From: a candidate division WOR-3 bacterium
Lineage (GTDB): Bacteria > Hydrothermota > 32-111
DNA length: 64,000 nucleotides
Direction of reading: 5' to 3'
NCBI GenBank assembly: GCA_039804105.1
Contig: JBDRZU010000001.1
Span: 416,001-480,000, forward strand
Below the pieces are notes generated by a model, which saw only the letters and a program-made list of their open reading frames with translations, was not told where the DNA came from and did no database searches. Position numbers and translations under genes: made by a program. Shown piece after piece: positions 19,428-29,834 of the stretch (its first letter is position 1; each line of letters begins with the position of its first letter).

Positions 19428-20351
19428 CTATATTAAATTTTTTGGAAATGGTTTAAAAATTGTTTGTTCTTTCAAATACTCAATATCAAATCTTATAACA
19501 TACGACTGTAAAAGTTTTAAAACTGTTGTTAAATCCAACTTTTCATTTTTAAATTCATTAAGGTTTTCCAAAATAAAATCTTTTTCATCTTTTTTAATTC
19601 TATCTTTAAAATAACCAAGAATATGTAAAAAAGTGTTATAAAAAGATGTTCTTCTGTAATTGATCTTTAAACCAGAAAACAAAACCTGTTCATAAAATAA
19701 AAACACAGTATCGATATCATAATTTTCATGGTTTGCTACTATTTTTCCTAAATCTCTTAACATCCTTTGATTATAAGATAGAAAAAGATATTTGTTTTGC
19801 GAATGGAAATTTATAAGTTTGTTCATGTTTTTTTCGAGTTTTCTGAAATTTGAAATTAAAAAAATTTTGGTTAGAAAATTCTCTTTTAAATATAAATTTT
19901 TCAATCGACCTTCAGATTCCACAGGAATATCTGTATAAAACTCCAAAACATTTTTTGCAAAAAATCCAGATCCATTTTCAACAACATTACCCTCTCTATT
20001 AAATACTTTAACATTTTTAATTCCACACGAAGGTGATTTTTCCTTTAAAATCACTCCATCAAAATTCCCTTGGTTTTTAAGAAAATTTTTTGAAAATTTT
20101 TCCATCTTTTCAGTTATGTCCTTTTCTGTATTATGCTGTATCAAAAAGTAAGATTTATCCTTTTTAACAATTCTTATCGGATCACGAGGAACTCCAAGCC
20201 CAATTTCAACTTCCGGACAAACAGTTTCAAAATCCACATATCTGACTAACTTTTTTATAAAATCATCCTGAATAACTATTCCGTTCCATCTTACAGGTTC
20301 AAACCCCAAACACCTACTAACAAGAATTTTGGGTTTACTAATATTTTCCAT
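19428..20351 (-). CDS. DUF523 (thiouracil desulfurase-like) plus DUF1722 (YbgA) protein
   Basis: VSRCLG..VRWNG, CPEVEIGLGVPR, LKEKSPSCG, EGRL, FHSQNKY, HILGYFK. Confidence 0.9.
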   Translation of the reverse strand: MENISKPKILVSRCLGFEPVRWNGIVIQDDFIKKLVRYVDFETVCPEVEIGLGVPRDPIRIVKKDKSYFLIQHNTEKDITEKMEKFSKNFLKNQGNFDGVILKEKSPSCGIKNVKVFNREGNVVENGSGFFAKNVLEFYTDIPVESEGRLKNLYLKENFLTKIFLISNFRKLEKNMNKLINFHSQNKYLFLSYNQRMLRDLGKIVANHENYDIDTVFLFYEQVLFSGLKINYRRTSFYNTFLHILGYFKDRIKKDEKDFILENLNEFKNEKLDLTTVLKLLQSYVIRFDIEYLKEQTIFKPFPKNLI

Positions 20352-21231
20352 CTGATACCTCTTTTAAAATTTTTTGTGCCTTAAATACGCTTTTTTCTTT
20401 ATTCTTTATTTCAAGCATAACATCAAAATCAAATCCTTTTGTTTTAAGGAGAAAATCCTTAAAATCGTTTTCATCAATATCGTACGAATGTGAACATCTT
20501 TTTTTGTTTTCTCCCTGTGAACTATAATCAACGATAAGTTTACCGTCTATCTTTTTCCAGGTTTTTATCGTTTCTTTAATTCCCTCGTAAAAAGATTCTC
20601 CATTATTCAAACATGCATGATGGAAAACATCAAAAACGACTGGTATTTTTATTTTTTTATAAATTACCAAGCAATCTTTTAAAGAAAATGATCTATCATC
20701 ATTTTCGATAACCAAGCGATTTTTTATGCGCAGTGGAAGTTTTTCATAATTTTCAATAAATCTTAAAATAGATTTTTCTTTATCATTATAAACTCCACCA
20801 ACATGTATTTGGATCTTTGCATCATAACCTGTTTCCATAAGTTCAAGAATGTCGCTATGGTATTCAAGTTCCTTTATACTCCTTTCAACAATTTTTTCAT
20901 CCGGTGAGTTGATCAAAACGAATTGATCGGGATGCATCGAAACTCTGATTTTGTTATCCCTTAAAATCTTTCCTAAAAGTTTAAAGTCACTTTCAAAAAA
21001 TTTCTGCCAGTTGAATTTGCATATAGGGTGTGAAGCAAATGGAACAATATCAGAACTGATTCTGAAAAAATAAATATTGTTAGAAATATTAAACTCAAGA
21101 ATCTTCAATAAACAGGTAAGATTGTTTTTTATTTTTTCCTTTAGATTTTCTTCAGAATAATTTTTCAATCTAAATGTTTTATTTGGAGAACACCCAACAC
21201 TTAGATTGATACAAGGGTAGCCAATTTTCAT
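20338..21231 (-). CDS. uvsE: UV DNA damage endonuclease
   Basis: IGYPCIN, FRISSDIVPFASHP, SMHPDQF, IHVGG, IENDD, FDVFHH, MLEIKNKE. Confidence 0.95.
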   Translation of the reverse strand: MKIGYPCINLSVGCSPNKTFRLKNYSEENLKEKIKNNLTCLLKILEFNISNNIYFFRISSDIVPFASHPICKFNWQKFFESDFKLLGKILRDNKIRVSMHPDQFVLINSPDEKIVERSIKELEYHSDILELMETGYDAKIQIHVGGVYNDKEKSILRFIENYEKLPLRIKNRLVIENDDRSFSLKDCLVIYKKIKIPVVFDVFHHACLNNGESFYEGIKETIKTWKKIDGKLIVDYSSQGENKKRCSHSYDIDENDFKDFLLKTKGFDFDVMLEIKNKEKSVFKAQKILKEVSDGKY

Positions 21232-22113
21232 TTATCTTCCTAAAAATTGTAAAATGATTTTTGCAGTTTGCTCTGGACATTCCTCTTGAGGTATATGTCC
21301 ACAACTATCGATGATTTCTATCGTTGAACCCTTTATGTAATTCTTTAATTCAAAACTAACTTTTTGTGGGATTATTGAATCGTTTGTTGAAGAAATTATT
21401 AAAACTGGAATATCAATATTCCTCATGTCATTTTTGTTCAAAATATTTTTTGAACTGATCGTCATATAATAAAGTGACTTCTCCCATCCATCAATCTTTG
21501 TTGGTTTTTTGTAATTTTCTAATATTTCCTTCGTTAATTTACTTCTATCATAAAAAGCTTTTTCCAATATTCTCTCTCCTTGATCAACAAAAGTATCCTT
21601 TATTTTTCTTATTGTAAAACTTTTAACAAAAGGAATTTTCAAAAAATATCTTAAAATTGGATTTATATCCCTTGAAGTGATTGAACTATTTATCAGTATA
21701 ACACCTTTTATATCTTTTTTATGTTTTAAAGCATATAAAAGAGAAATATATCCACCCTGTGAATTACCAACAAGAAAGATATTTTTGTTTTTATAACCTT
21801 TCTTTTCTATCAGTTTTTCCAGAAGTTCAATTTGAAATTCATAAGAATAAGGATTTCTATTTTTTACTATTTCTGGTCTGTCTGAGAACCCAAATCCAGG
21901 TCTATCGTATGCAAAAATCTGAAAATCATTTTCTAAATATTCACTTATTTTTTCAAAAGAATAAGAATAGGAACCAAAACCATGTAGACAAATCAATACA
22001 GTATCTTTAAGATCAGTTTCAAAATAATTTATTTTTAATGAATCAACATAAATTTCGGAATAAGTGGAAAAAAGAAAAAATCGAAAAATATAAAAGAAAT
22101 CAAGAAATCCCAT
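21232..22113 (-). CDS. Alpha/beta hydrolase
   Basis: LHGFG, YDRPGFGFS, GNSQGG nucleophile elbow, CGHIPQEECP. Confidence 0.92.
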   Translation of the reverse strand: MGFLDFFYIFRFFLFSTYSEIYVDSLKINYFETDLKDTVLICLHGFGSYSYSFEKISEYLENDFQIFAYDRPGFGFSDRPEIVKNRNPYSYEFQIELLEKLIEKKGYKNKNIFLVGNSQGGYISLLYALKHKKDIKGVILINSSITSRDINPILRYFLKIPFVKSFTIRKIKDTFVDQGERILEKAFYDRSKLTKEILENYKKPTKIDGWEKSLYYMTISSKNILNKNDMRNIDIPVLIISSTNDSIIPQKVSFELKNYIKGSTIEIIDSCGHIPQEECPEQTAKIILQFLGR

Positions 22114-22209
22114 ATAAGTATCTTAAGTCCGATTTTTTTGTTGTCAATACAAATTGACTTGTAAATTTGTATTTATATCATAGAATTTATAATATAAAAA
22201 GGAGTGGAT

Positions 22210-22563
22210 ATGAAAAAAGTTTTTCTGTTTTTTCTTTTGAGTATATTTTCACTTTTTTGTTTTGCACATGGTCCATCAAAAATTGAAATTTCTTTCAACG
22301 ACTCAATCGATCTTTTTTATGTAAAAGTTTTTCATTCTGTTCCCTCCCCTACCGCACATTATATTAAATCAATTAAACTTCTCGTTAATGGTGTCGAATT
22401 AATTGAACAAAAATTCACCAAACAATCAACAAAAGATTTTGAAGAAGCATATTTTCTTTTTCGAAACTCTCCAACGGATACTTTAGTTGAAATTTCTGCA
22501 ACATGCAATATTATTGGGAGTAAAAAAGAGAGATTGTTATTACAAGAGAAAAAGGTTGAATAA
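22210..22563 (+). CDS. Exported protein with desulfoferrodoxin/superoxide reductase-like His/Cys pattern
   Basis: Signal peptide, then HGP, FHSV, HYIKSI and ATCNIIG. Confidence 0.55.
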   Translation: MKKVFLFFLLSIFSLFCFAHGPSKIEISFNDSIDLFYVKVFHSVPSPTAHYIKSIKLLVNGVELIEQKFTKQSTKDFEEAYFLFRNSPTDTLVEISATCNIIGSKKERLLLQEKKVE

Positions 22564-22606
22564 AAATGTTGTTAATTTAATAATGAAATTACACAAAGGG
22601 GCATTT

Positions 22607-22774
22607 ATGAAATTTTTAATTTCAGGTATTCTCGCGTTCACCTTTTTTAATATAACTTTACTGTCAGGCATCTTTTTACGAAAATTAAAATTGAAAATTA
22701 TTCATCATAAAATTTTAGCTGCAATCAGTTTATTATTTTCTCTAATACATATTTTTTTTGTTTTCTTTTCTTGA
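22607..22774 (+). CDS. Small 2-TM membrane protein
   Basis: AAGGGG SD, ATG at 22607, two hydrophobic helices containing His residues. Confidence 0.55.
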   Translation: MKFLISGILAFTFFNITLLSGIFLRKLKLKIIHHKILAAISLLFSLIHIFFVFFS

Positions 22775-22777
22775 TTT

Positions 22778-23743
22778 ATGGATTCAAAAAAACTTTTCCT
22801 GCTTTCAATTTTAAAAAGAGCAGAAATATATAATATATGCGGTAATTCAAAAAGGGGGCTAAAAGATATTGAGATAATATTAAGATCAAAAACAATTAAT
22901 AACTTTAAAAGTATAAAAGCTGCTTCTCTCATGTTAAAATCAGAAATTCTGGGAACGATTGGGAATTTTGAAAAGATGCAAGAATTAGTAATTGAAGCGA
23001 ATAAAATTTTTGAGGAAATCAACGATCTGGAAGGTAAAGCATCTGTTCTAACAACTTTATCTTTTCTAAAAACCTACAAAGGCGATTTTGATAGTTCAAT
23101 AAAAGATTTAAATCTATCATTAAAAATCTTGAAAAAATTGCACAATGAATATGAAATAGCAAATCTTTTGAACAATCTCGCATATCTATATGATTTGAAA
23201 AATGAAAAAAGGAAGGCACTTTATTATTATAAAAAAGCATTAGAGATCAGGAAAAAGATCAATGATTTGAAAGGTATCGGAGAAAGTTATAACAATATTG
23301 GTTTTATCTATGAGGATTTAAAAAATTTTAAAATCGCCATAAAATTTTACAAAAAATCATTAGAAATTCGAAAAAAAATTGGATATAAAAATGGTCAAGG
23401 GATTACCCTTGTGAATTTAGGATATCTTTACAAAAATTTAGGGGATATTAAGCGATCCATAAAATGCTTTTTGGATTCAATTGAAATTTTTAAAGAAATT
23501 GGGAATGATAATTACCTTTCCAAATCTTTTTATTACTTAGGGAATATTTATAGATCAATAAATGAGCTTGAACTATCATGTTTTTACTATATTGAATCTT
23601 TAAAAATTAAAAGAAGATTAAAAGAAACAAAAATCATTAAAGAAATCTTAACCAATCTAATCGATAACTATAACAGAATATCAGACAGAAAAAATATGAA
23701 AAAGTTTCAAAAATTATTTCAACAATATAATTCAGATAAATAA
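22778..23743 (+). CDS. Stand-alone tetratricopeptide repeat protein
   Basis: Repeats such as SYNNIGFIY..AIKFYKKSLEIRKKIG; N-terminus aligns with the TPR proteins at 33250 and 40944. Confidence 0.9.
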   Translation: MDSKKLFLLSILKRAEIYNICGNSKRGLKDIEIILRSKTINNFKSIKAASLMLKSEILGTIGNFEKMQELVIEANKIFEEINDLEGKASVLTTLSFLKTYKGDFDSSIKDLNLSLKILKKLHNEYEIANLLNNLAYLYDLKNEKRKALYYYKKALEIRKKINDLKGIGESYNNIGFIYEDLKNFKIAIKFYKKSLEIRKKIGYKNGQGITLVNLGYLYKNLGDIKRSIKCFLDSIEIFKEIGNDNYLSKSFYYLGNIYRSINELELSCFYYIESLKIKRRLKETKIIKEILTNLIDNYNRISDRKNMKKFQKLFQQYNSDK

Positions 23744-23798
23744 AATAAAATTACCAATAATGACCTTTCAGTTAAACTCTATAACTTTTATCGCTTTG

Positions 23799-24917
23799 TC
23801 AATTAAGATTTATAATACATTGCTTGCTTAAATTTTCATACTCTTCTAAAAGATTTTTTATCAACTCTTTTACTGACACTATTCTGTCAATAAGATAAGC
23901 GTTTGCACCACAAAAAGTAAAACCCTGTGTCAGTTTACCATTTTTCGCATTTGTTAGTGCAAGAGCAATGCAGTATGGGACCTTTTTAAAATCACATGTT
24001 GCTAAACATTTCCATGGACATTTGAATGGTTTTTTAATCCCTTCATATACTTCATTTATAAAATTGTTTTTTATAGCCCTTCCAGGTAATCCAACAGGAC
24101 TGTCGATTATCACTATATCATCCTTCTTGCATTTTAAGTATTCTTGTTTGAACTCATCTGAAGCATCACATTCAAAAGTTGCAACAAATCTTGTTGCCAT
24201 CTGAACACCACTTGCACCCATTTGTATAAACTTATAAATATCAGCACCATCAAAAATTCCGCCTGCAGCAATAACCGGAACTTTTTTATTGAATTTTTCT
24301 TCATAATTTTTTATCTCTAAAAGAACCTCAGGAACAATTTTTTCCAATTTGTAATTAGGATCATCTATGTTTTCTTTTTTAAATCCGAGGTGACCACCAG
24401 CTTTTGGTCCTTCGACAACAACAGCATCTGGTATCAAATTATAATTGTTTTCCCAATATCTAAAGATAACCCTTGCTGCTTTTGCAGATGATACTATAAC
24501 AACAAATTTTGTTGATGAATTTTTCATCATTTCAGTGGTCAATCTGTTAGGGTTTAAAAGCGGAAGTCCTGCTCCCATAAAAACAAGATCAACTTTCTCA
24601 TCAATTGCAGTCAACAAAAGTTCTTCAAAATCTGAAAGTGCAACCATTATATTAACACCTATAATTCCTTTCGTTTTCTCTCTTGCTTTTCTGATCTCTT
24701 TTCTCAATGCTCTTCTGTTTGCTTCTTTAAAATTGGTGACAAAATCTGGTTCAAGCATTCCAATTCCAGCAGCAGCGATAACACCTATCCCGCCTTCATT
24801 GGCAACTGCTGAAGCTAAACTTGATAATGAAATTCCAACTCCCATTCCACCCTGAACGATTGGAATTTTTGCAATGAAATCCCCGATCCTAAGTTCGGGA
24901 ATACTTTTTAAGTTCAT
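23799..24917 (-). CDS. Nitronate monooxygenase/FabK-like flavin oxidoreductase
   Basis: PIVQGGMGVG, VEGPKAGGHLG, IAAGGI, GVQMATRF, SPVGLPGRA. Confidence 0.92.
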   Translation of the reverse strand: MNLKSIPELRIGDFIAKIPIVQGGMGVGISLSSLASAVANEGGIGVIAAAGIGMLEPDFVTNFKEANRRALRKEIRKAREKTKGIIGVNIMVALSDFEELLLTAIDEKVDLVFMGAGLPLLNPNRLTTEMMKNSSTKFVVIVSSAKAARVIFRYWENNYNLIPDAVVVEGPKAGGHLGFKKENIDDPNYKLEKIVPEVLLEIKNYEEKFNKKVPVIAAGGIFDGADIYKFIQMGASGVQMATRFVATFECDASDEFKQEYLKCKKDDIVIIDSPVGLPGRAIKNNFINEVYEGIKKPFKCPWKCLATCDFKKVPYCIALALTNAKNGKLTQGFTFCGANAYLIDRIVSVKELIKNLLEEYENLSKQCIINLN

Positions 24918-24934
24918 TTTTTCTCCTTTTCATT

Positions 24935-24959
24935 TGACCATTTAAAATGATCATTTAAA
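24935..24959. promoter_or_regulatory. Putative operator (imperfect palindrome and tandem repeat)
   Basis: TGACCATTT-A-AAATGATCA palindrome overlapping TGA(C/T)CATTTAAA repeated at a 13-bp period, just upstream of the SD of the 24917 gene. Confidence 0.4.
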
Positions 24960-25296
24960 CAATTATTTTCATAAACCATATAAAATATCTTTCCTTTTGC
25001 CTCCATTTTAAATTTTGGGAATATTTTCGTTGAATCTTTTATAAAAATTTTAATTATTACCTCATGTAAATCTAAGAATAAAAAAATAATCCATAGAAAT
25101 CAGATTTTTAAAATTTAACCAACTTTTCAAAAATGTGAAAATTTGGGAAGGTTTTTAATTTATTACAAACAACTATCATTTTGATATTATCATAAACCCT
25201 ATTTTCTGAAAAGTCAATAAAAAATCACTTAAATAAATATTTTTCAATTATTTCTTTTAAAATCTTGTTTAAACATTTTTAATTTAAAAACAAAAA

Positions 25297-25689
25297 TCAT
25301 TTTTTTAACTTTTTAATTACTCTATACACAATTCTGAAAATACCAAAGATGATTAAAAATATTCCAAGATATCCTGTCAAATAGATAATCAAATTAAATG
25401 GATTTTTACGAAAAGAAATATTTACAAGAGAAACTGAAACAATAAAAAGAACAAAACCTAAAATTAATAGATCAACTCCACTAACATCAAAAAATTTTTT
25501 CACTCTTCTTTTTTTCTTTCGATCTTCACGAAATCCCAAAACTATTCCCACTATTATTATCAAAATTCCCAAAAATATAACTGCCTGTGTAATCAAAACT
25601 CCTAATTTCGCAACCAACATCCCAACAAGGAAAAATAAAATACCTGTTATCAAAAATGATGTCTTAATCAAAAAATTTTTATTCTTCAT
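25297..25689 (-). CDS. Hypothetical 4-TM membrane protein
   Basis: Four hydrophobic helices; overlaps the antiporter stop. Confidence 0.6.
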   Translation of the reverse strand: MKNKNFLIKTSFLITGILFFLVGMLVAKLGVLITQAVIFLGILIIIVGIVLGFREDRKKKRRVKKFFDVSGVDLLILGFVLFIVSVSLVNISFRKNPFNLIIYLTGYLGIFLIIFGIFRIVYRVIKKLKK

Positions 25690-26881
25690 TCATCTCCTCA
25701 AGTTTAGCATAAACATTAACATTCTCTTTTTCTTTTTTCATAAGATGTTTTGGAAGAAAGTAGAAGTTTGCAATCATGGTTGGAACAACAGCACTTGCTA
25801 TAACAGTTATAACAAGCAAGGAGTATTGTTGTTTGTTGATAATATTGTGTGAATAACCAAATAGAGCAGAAATCGTTCCAAAAGTTAAACCCGTTGACAT
25901 CAATAATGTATAATACCATCTCTCTTTTGAATCTTTTCTAAAAACACTTACTACAGGAAATAAACCAAAAATTTTTGAAATAACTTTACTCATAAATAGT
26001 ACAAAAAAAACTATTGGAGCAGAGATTAATGATGAAATGCCAACAAGAGAACCAGCACGAATAAAATAGAATGGTGTTAAAAATCCAACTGTTAAACTTC
26101 TTAATCTTCTAACCCAAATACTGTTTTTTGTCGCAAACTCAGCGAGTGCCATTCCAAGAATATATGCAGGTAATACTGCTTCACTACCTGCCCACAGAGC
26201 AAAAGCACTCATTGCAAAAAGAACAAATGAAACCCATTTGATCCTTATCGCAGCGGTTCTATTCCCATATATTTTTGTGATATACTGAGTAAAAATTGGG
26301 AACAATATGATTACAATAATTGTAAAGACAACAAAAATCAAAGTTTTCAGAGTGAAAGGTGAAAAAATAAGTCCTAAGGCAATCACAGTTCCAAGATCAT
26401 TTATAAAACATGAACCAAGAATTCCTTTCCCAAACTCAGTTTTGTTTAACCCAGTTTCTAACATAACTGAGTATACAACAGCCATAGAGGTGGTTGATAA
26501 AGCGATCCCTGCAAGTAAACTCGCTTTCACATCCCATCTTAGTAAAAAATATGATATTAGAGACGCCCCGATAAAAGGAGCAAAAAAACCGATAAATCCA
26601 ACAATAAAAACCTCTTTGAGTTTTACCTTTATCACTTTTGGATCAAGTTCAGCACCTGCAAGAAAAGTTAGAAATATTGAGCCGGTTGATGCGAGAAATT
26701 TTAACCACTCCTGATCGTTTCCAACAAGTTCACTTCCTAAAAATTTGTTTGAAAAAAAAGCAGCTAAAATTCCAACACATATCTCAACAAGTGCTATTGA
26801 GATTTTTAAATGGTATGCAATAATTGCTGAAATAACTGCTAAACAAAGCCATATCGACGCTATTATAAAAATATTTTCCAA
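25679..26881 (-). CDS. Cation:proton antiporter (CPA2 family)
   Basis: LTFLAGAE, ALSTTSMAVV, FINDLG, TPFYF; about 12 TMs; TTG start with AGGAG SD. Confidence 0.9.
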   Translation of the reverse strand: MENIFIIASIWLCLAVISAIIAYHLKISIALVEICVGILAAFFSNKFLGSELVGNDQEWLKFLASTGSIFLTFLAGAELDPKVIKVKLKEVFIVGFIGFFAPFIGASLISYFLLRWDVKASLLAGIALSTTSMAVVYSVMLETGLNKTEFGKGILGSCFINDLGTVIALGLIFSPFTLKTLIFVVFTIIVIILFPIFTQYITKIYGNRTAAIRIKWVSFVLFAMSAFALWAGSEAVLPAYILGMALAEFATKNSIWVRRLRSLTVGFLTPFYFIRAGSLVGISSLISAPIVFFVLFMSKVISKIFGLFPVVSVFRKDSKERWYYTLLMSTGLTFGTISALFGYSHNIINKQQYSLLVITVIASAVVPTMIANFYFLPKHLMKKEKENVNVYAKLEEMNEE

Positions 26882-27013
26882 AACTACTCCTGTTTTTGAC
26901 TTATATACTATTGTTTAATAAGTTAAAGTCAATAATTTTTGTGAAGTCAATCCACTTTTTAGTGTTGACAATTTTTATAATTCATTTTAAATTAAAAAAA
27001 TAGAGGAGAAAAC

Positions 27014-28210
27014 ATGAGAACAAAATTTTTATTATTAATCATTGTGTTACCATTACTAATTTTCTCACAAAAAGTAATAGATAAAAATAATTTCCATAGG
27101 GATTATTTTTTTGCTTATTATAATAATTACGATATAACTAACTCTTCTGAAAATTTCAGAACAGGTCTGAAAATTTTCAGTGATCTTTATTATAGAGGGA
27201 TTTCATCAAAAATTGACAATAGTTTTATTAAAGGAGTTCTTGGCTTCACATTCAGTTTTACATCAAGATGGTTTTCGATGTTATGGCCACATGAGTTTGG
27301 TCACTATCTAAGAGCAAAACAGGTTGGTGGAGATTTTTCATTTGTAAAATTTCAGTTCCCTGGTGTTGTTGGAGATATGGATTTACCTGTAGATGCTACA
27401 TTAGAAGATCACACTCTTGCGCTTATCGGTGGTTTTGAAGCAAACTATCTTACAACAAGAGATGTCCAATTTGATTTTTACAGGTTTGATGGACTTTATA
27501 ACGATGAATATGGGATGTCTTTTGGAAACAGAATAATGTATCCTTTTTATGCTTTTTTGATCGCGCAGCAGAATCCACAAGATCCACAAACATGGATAAT
27601 TTCAGGTGGAGATCCTGTAAATTTTACAAAACTTGTTTGGGAGATGAATGGAAGAAAAGTTTTCAATCCTGATAGTTCGATCAATGAAGGACTTGTAAAA
27701 TTCTATAACGATGCTGCTTACCTTTCAATCTTATGGAATCTTTTAGATATAAACCTTTATAAACAGGTTCTATCATATTTTGGTGATGAACTAAAAGGGA
27801 AAAAACCTTTTTATATTGGAGCTAAAAACCTTTTCTGGTCTTATGGAACATTTTTCAACACTTCACCACTTGGAGTTGAACTTTATTTTAGTAATTATTT
27901 AAAAGTTTATGATTACTTTATAAATCTTTATATTAGATACGGTTTACCATTCAAAAATAATGGCATCGGCCTTGCTCTTCCACAGGTTCTAAAATTTAAA
28001 AATATATCTTTCGGCTTAAATTCTGACTTCTGGACACAGGACTATTATGGTAAAGGTTTTCTTGTTTCAACCAATCTTTCATATCGAATGAAAGAAAAAT
28101 GGAATTTAGAAACACAAATAGGTTATAAAACAAAAGGCTATATACCTGGTAAAACAACAAAAGAAGGATTGTTGTTTTTGTTCGGAATCAGATATGTCTT
28201 TTTAGAATAA
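27014..28210 (+). CDS. Hypothetical exported protein with HEXXH motif and beta-strand-rich C-terminus
   Basis: Signal peptide, WPHEFGH, C-terminal amphipathic strands ending GIRYVFLE; GAGGAG SD. Confidence 0.65.
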   Translation: MRTKFLLLIIVLPLLIFSQKVIDKNNFHRDYFFAYYNNYDITNSSENFRTGLKIFSDLYYRGISSKIDNSFIKGVLGFTFSFTSRWFSMLWPHEFGHYLRAKQVGGDFSFVKFQFPGVVGDMDLPVDATLEDHTLALIGGFEANYLTTRDVQFDFYRFDGLYNDEYGMSFGNRIMYPFYAFLIAQQNPQDPQTWIISGGDPVNFTKLVWEMNGRKVFNPDSSINEGLVKFYNDAAYLSILWNLLDINLYKQVLSYFGDELKGKKPFYIGAKNLFWSYGTFFNTSPLGVELYFSNYLKVYDYFINLYIRYGLPFKNNGIGLALPQVLKFKNISFGLNSDFWTQDYYGKGFLVSTNLSYRMKEKWNLETQIGYKTKGYIPGKTTKEGLLFLFGIRYVFLE

Positions 28211-28263
28211 AAAAAGTAATTAAAAGTTCTTTTCTTTCTTGTTGTTTCAGTTTTTAAAAGTAA

Positions 28264-28749
28264 TTATTTTTTTCTGAGTTCATCTTTAATATCGTTAAGT
28301 GTTTTATTAATTTTTAACAGATAATCTAATATAAACATTTGACGGATAATCTGCCATAAAATAAAAATGCCAAGAATTAATATAAATCCTATATAAATTT
28401 GAGTAGATCTACCAGAATCTTTTATTTCTTCAATTATCTCGGGGAATATCATCTTTATACCAATTAAATTTATTGCTATTATCAAAACCATAAATATCAA
28501 TAGAATACTTAAATATTTATAATTATTTAAAACATTTTTTAAACCAAAATCATCACTATTTTTAGAAAAATTTATATTAAGGGAACCTTCTGATTTATTT
28601 ATTTTCGGTTTTTCTTCAGAAGTTTGTATAGCATCATCAGGCACTACATTCTCTTTTCCACAATAAGGACACCTTGCAATATCACCTATTTTGAGAAATT
28701 TTACAATGATTTCATTTTCACATTTTGAACACTTAAACTTTAAAGCCAT
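28264..28749 (-). CDS. Zinc-ribbon membrane protein
   Basis: CSKC..CPYC at the N-terminus and two TM helices. Confidence 0.7.
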   Translation of the reverse strand: MALKFKCSKCENEIIVKFLKIGDIARCPYCGKENVVPDDAIQTSEEKPKINKSEGSLNINFSKNSDDFGLKNVLNNYKYLSILLIFMVLIIAINLIGIKMIFPEIIEEIKDSGRSTQIYIGFILILGIFILWQIIRQMFILDYLLKINKTLNDIKDELRKK

Positions 28750-28771
28750 TTTTTCCCTTTTTTACATTACT

Positions 28772-29662
28772 CTATAAGTTTTTATGTTCGACATTGTTTT
28801 TCCCTTCCCGCTTGATTTTATACATTAAATCATCTGCCTGTTTGATCATATCGTTTATTTCATAATCAAACTTGTTAAAAGTTATAGCACCAATACTCAA
28901 TGTAACAGGATAATCGTTCTTTTTTACTTCTATAAGGACAACATCTTTTAACCTTTTTAAAATATTGTCAGAAAGTTTATAATCAGTTTCTGGTAATAGT
29001 AAGATAAATTCATCTCCACCAATTCTTGCAAGTATATCTGTCTCCCTGATATTTTTCTTTATTGTTTGTGCAATTTTTATAAGAAGCGAATCACCTTCAA
29101 GATGCCCATAAGTATCGTTTACAGATTTAAAATTATCAAGATCAATATAAGCAAGTGTAAAAGGTTTTTTACTCCTTTTTGCTTTCATAAGTTCCTGTTC
29201 AAACAGAATATAAAAAAACCTGCTGTTTGTAACAGCAGTCAAAGAATCAGTCAATGATTCTTTTTTTACTTTTTTATACATTTCAAGAAAACGGGACATA
29301 AAAAATGAATGCAAAGAAAAATATCCCAATCGCATTATCGCATTCCATAAGGGAATTAGAAAGTTTTCATATTGGTGTCCACTGTAAATATCAGCCAAAG
29401 CCCATATTACAGCAGAAAAGAGTGAAATAATGATTCCACTATAAAAACCACCAAAAAGAACTGAAATCGATATCGGGATCAAATAGAAAATTGAGAAAGA
29501 TACTTCAAATCCAGTTTTGTGATCGATAATCCCAAGTAGAATAACTAACAATAAAGAGAAAAATAAAACCATATATTTTAATTTTTTACTATTTTTATTA
29601 TCTGTAACCATTTCATCAGAAATTTTCCAACCGGTCAAAATATTATTAAAAAAATTTTTCAT
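28772..29662 (-). CDS. Membrane-bound diguanylate cyclase
   Basis: N-terminal TMs; DLDNFKSVNDTYGHLEGD and RIGGDEF. Confidence 0.95.
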   Translation of the reverse strand: MKNFFNNILTGWKISDEMVTDNKNSKKLKYMVLFFSLLLVILLGIIDHKTGFEVSFSIFYLIPISISVLFGGFYSGIIISLFSAVIWALADIYSGHQYENFLIPLWNAIMRLGYFSLHSFFMSRFLEMYKKVKKESLTDSLTAVTNSRFFYILFEQELMKAKRSKKPFTLAYIDLDNFKSVNDTYGHLEGDSLLIKIAQTIKKNIRETDILARIGGDEFILLLPETDYKLSDNILKRLKDVVLIEVKKNDYPVTLSIGAITFNKFDYEINDMIKQADDLMYKIKREGKNNVEHKNL

Positions 29663-29737
29663 ATTTAAATGATAATGGAAAATAAGGTAAAATCAAGAAA
29701 GAAGGTTGGGGGAATGAAGATTTTCTCTTAGTTACTC

Positions 29738-29795
29738 GGACTCGAGCCCCAACCTAATGGTTATCAGTCACTCGATCTACTGACTGAGCTACAGA
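29738..29795 (-). pseudogene. Degenerate partial copy of tRNA-Asn
   Basis: Minus strand TAGCTCAGTCAGTAGATCGAGTGACTGATAACCATTAGGTTGGGGCTCGAGTCC aligns to the D, anticodon and T arms of the tRNA at 32483-32558; acceptor 3' end missing. Confidence 0.8.
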
Positions 29796-29834
29796 AAGTT
29801 TTTTTCAAGAAAATTTATTTTCCCCCAATTTTGT

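Noticed and set aside
29738..29795. Functional tRNA-Ile (GAT)
   Set aside because: No acceptor stem or CCA, broken stem pairs, and CTCGA in place of TTCGA in the T loop.
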